This document shows, piece after piece, positions 60,441-64,000 of a stretch of 64,000 bases of DNA. Both the position numbers and the translations under genes were made by a program. The notes under the pieces were generated by a model, which was given only the letters and a program-made list of their open reading frames with translations, was not told the DNA's origin and did not search any database. Source of the DNA: Mobula hypostoma (lineage: Eukaryota); NCBI RefSeq assembly GCF_963921235.1, contig NC_086108.1:11160001-11224000 (forward strand). The letters are read 5' to 3'. The number at the start of each line of letters is the position of its first letter. Position 1 is the first letter of the stretch.

Positions 60441-61806
60441 AATTTATTAATAAATAAATAAGCAGTAAATATCAAGAACATGAGATGAAGAGTCCTTGAA
60501 AATGAATGCATAGGTTGTAGGAACATTTCAATGGTGGGGCAAGTGAAGTTGAGTGAAGTTATTCCCTTTGTTCAGCAGCCTGATGGTTGAGGGGTAGCAG
60601 ATACATTAGGGACATTTAAGAAATTCTCAGATTGGCATGAGGATGATAGATAAATGGAGGGCAGGGTCAGACTGATCTTCAAGTAGGTTAAAAGTTGGCA
60701 CAGCATCATGGGTCAAGGGGCCTGCACTGTGCTGTAATGTTTGTGTTCTTAAACGGTGCATGTGACCAATCAGCTGACCAAGTGTTGGGATGGGACAGTG
60801 AATATCATAATCCACAGCACAGGGAGCTTTTGGGAAGTGCAGGTTGGTAAGCAGGGCAGGTCTAATCAGATATTATTTTGTAGCAGTGAATTTCACATTT
60901 TACAGAACGAAGATTCTGCATTGCACCATTCCAGGCAGTGGAGGATATATCTCTGCAATAAAACTGGGCATGTAAATGTATTGCTGTAATATCGATGCTG
61001 GGCTCAGGGTAAGGACAGAAAGCTTCATTCCCTGAAGGCCCCAATGAACAAAATAGAAGAGTCCAGTGCTCCACCAGAAAGACTCACATCTCATTTCCAA
61101 GACCGGCAGAAAATTAATTTAATATGTGGTGATCTTGTTGAAGTTTACAGCATTCAGAGTGTGGAGACCGAGGGATGTTTCCGCTGTCATAGAGTCGAAG
61201 TTGGAGAGCAAAGCACCACAGAAACAGGCCCATCCAGGCTATGCTTACCTTTCACTGCTGCCATCGGGCAGGAGGTACAGGAGCCTCAGGTCCCACACCA
61301 CCAGGTTCAGGAACAGTTATTACCCCACAACCATCAGGCTCCTGAACCAGTGTGGATAACTTCACTCACCACAATGAGCCTCAGGTCCCACACCACCAGG
61401 TTCAGGAACAGTTATTACCCCACAACCATCAGGCTCCTGAACCAGTGTGGATAATTTCACTCACCTCAACTCCGAATTGATTCCACAAACTATGGACTCA
61501 TGTTCAAGGATTCTACAACTCGTGTTCTCAAAATTATTTATTTATTTATTGTCATTTCATATTTGCACAATTTGTTGTCTTTTGTAAATTGGTTATTTGT
61601 CCACCTTTGTTTCATGGTTTTGACGTACATTTATTATGAAAGTATGTAGTATACAACCCTGAGACACCCAAAGCATGAAATAAAAATAACAAATCATGCA
61701 AACAGCACAATGCAGTGTTGGAGTGCAGTTTTTCATTGATTCTATGGCATTTCTTTATATCTACTGTGAATGCTCACAAGAAACTGAATCTCAGGTTGTA
61801 TATGGT

Positions 61807-61851
<45 letters not shown>

Positions 61852-62119
61852 TGATATTAAAATTTACTTTGAAATTTGAAGATCTAGGCCTAGTGTTTGG
61901 TGAGTGGCAGTTTTTATTGTACACAGAAAGCGGTGAGTGTGTGGAATGCCCTGCTAGGGCGGTGGGAGAGGGAGATGAGGGAGATACATTAGGGACACTT
62001 AAGAATCTCTTAGGCACATGGATGTTAGAAAAATGGAGGGCTATGTGGGAGAGAAGGGTTAGATTGAACTTGAAAGGATGGAATGACATTGTGGGGCCTG
62101 TACTGTGTTGTAAAATTCT

Positions 62120-62590
62120 GTTTTCTAAGTTCTATGTCCTGTTATGTGTTCTGTGTTCCATGTTCTGTGTTCTGTGTCCTATGTTCTATGTCCTGTGTTC
62201 CATGTCCCGTGTTCTACGTTCTGTGTTCTGTGTCCTATGTTCTATGTCCTGTGTTCCATGTCCCGTGTTCTACATTCTGTGTTCTGTGTCCTGTGTTCTA
62301 TGTCCTGTGTTCCATGTCCCGTGTTCTACGTTCTGTGTTCTGTGTCCTATGTTCTATGTCCTGTGTTCCATGTCCCGTGTTCTACGTTCTGTGTTCTGTG
62401 TCCTGTGTTCTATGTCCTGTGGTCCATGTCCCGTGTTCTACATTCTGTGTTCTGTGTCCTATGTTCTATGTCCTGTGTTCCATGTCCTGTGTTCTACGTT
62501 TTGTGTTCTGTGTCCTGTGTTCTATGTCCTGTGTTCCATGGCCCGTGTTCTACATTCTGTGTGTCTGTGTCCTGTGCTTTATGTTCTATG
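62120..62590 (+). repeat. Expanded CR1-tail 7-mer satellite with a 56-bp higher-order unit
   Basis: (TT/TC)CT(A/G)TG-type heptamers; 'tcccgtgttctac' recurs at 62205, 62261 and onward (56 bp). Confidence 0.9.
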
Positions 62591-64000
62591 CGCAGACAAA
62601 AGTTGAAGATGGGTCACCAACCCTTGAGCTTAGGCTGATCTTCTTTACAACTGTGTGGAACATATGGATGGTTTGCGGTTGGTGATAACTCCCCCTCTTC
62701 CCCCTCTGAGGCCTCCAACCTTAGAAATTCCAGCATCTGCTGATTTTCAACCAGCGAAACGCTTGAAGAAATCAGCCACGAATTACACATTAACAGAGGA
62801 ACTAATTGATTTAAAGAGCTTTATGCAAGGTTGTGTGTCTTTGGGCTACAGTGTGAATCAGTGGCCTTATTAATCTATTCTCCAATGCAACACTTTCCAA
62901 CAGAAGTTTTGTAATAGTATGTAAGGTTTTTTAGTAATTAACATTTTGTAACTCCAAGGATTACTTTGTAATTTGAACCAAGTGGTGTGTGTGTGTGTGT
63001 GTGTGTGTACATTTCACCTAGCCTGGCTGGAGGGACAGGGGAATGATCTTCGGCCATCAATGAGTGGAGGTTTGGTCCAGTGAGACGTAGACTTTGCAAA
63101 TCAATGTTCTTACAACTTCAGATAACCAGCTTGTCCTCTTTAGAGCATAGAACATATATCGGTACAGGCTAGAAACACACCCTTCAATACAATATGCTGT
63201 TCTGAATTATTTAGATCATAGGACAACACATTTCAGTACAGGCGCTTCAGCCCACAAAGTTGTGCCAACTTTTTAACCCACTCCAAAAATCATCTGACCC
63301 TTTCATCTTATATAGCCCTCCATTTTTCTATCACCCTCGTGCCTATCTAAGAGTTTCTTCTTTTTTGTCTTCTGCACTGTGGCTGAACGCTCTAGTGGGT
63401 GGTATTTCACTGATTCCATTACGGTTACTATTCTGGAGATTTATTGAGAATGCCCACAAGGAGATGAATCTCAGAGGTTGTATGTGGCAGCATATAAAAC
63501 TTACTTTGAACTTTGGCTCTGCCACCACCCCAGGCTGGGGGTTCCACACACCCTCTCTGACACCCCCCCCCCAATACTCTTCTACAAACACCTTAACATT
63601 GTGCCTGCTTGCACAGGCCATTTTCACCCTGGGTAAAAGAAATCTCTGACTATTCACTCGACCTGTGTCTCTAATGATCTGTGGGATTCGTTGAGGCAGC
63701 TGTGGAGGACAAGTCACTGGGTATATTTAAAGTGGAGGTTGATAGGTTCTTGATTAGTCAGGGCGTCAAAGATTGTGGGGAGAAAGGGATTGAGAGGGAT
63801 AATAAATCAGCCATGATAGAATGGTAGAGCAGGCTTGATGGCCTACTTCTGCTCCTATGTCTAAAGGTCTTAGGTTCTAATTAAATGCCTGAATAAAGTA
63901 TTCCCTTCTGCCTGTCCTCTCCTATTAGCTTCAACCCTCCCCACCTCCCTGTTTCACCTGTCACCTTGTGTTTCTTCCTTCCCTCCCCCCACTTTCTTAT

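Noticed and set aside
61851..62685. Cys-rich 251/200/164-aa ORFs
   Set aside because: Translation of a heptamer satellite.

Overview
Repeat-dominated vertebrate genomic DNA. The repeat families suggest a cartilaginous fish, probably a ray (inference, not a database match). I recognise no host protein-coding gene. Almost all long ORFs are decayed retroelement RT/endonuclease pieces or artefacts of simple repeats. The window holds many CR1 LINE fragments, including one near full-length copy (~30.4-35.4 kb) with ORF1 zinc finger/esterase and ORF2 APE-RT. It also has Rex1/Babar LINE fragments, an L1 3' end, Tx1 copies, Penelope-like elements (PLEs) of two families, RTE-tailed SINE-like elements, a tRNA-derived SINE, an internally deleted Tc1 transposon, a DDE-transposase remnant and several minisatellites. 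The most interesting signals are: (i) about a dozen minimal type-I hammerhead ribozyme motifs in PLE terminal repeats, the best at 21910-21953 and 1998-2035 (both minus); (ii) a CTCF-like core plus upstream motif at 36853-36886; (iii) several minus-strand segments with canonical splice sites that could belong to a spliced non-coding transcript (speculative); (iv) AT-rich, homeodomain-motif-rich unique islands resembling conserved non-coding enhancers; (v) nested LINE insertions with target deletions. Repeat boundaries were set by eye and are approximate.
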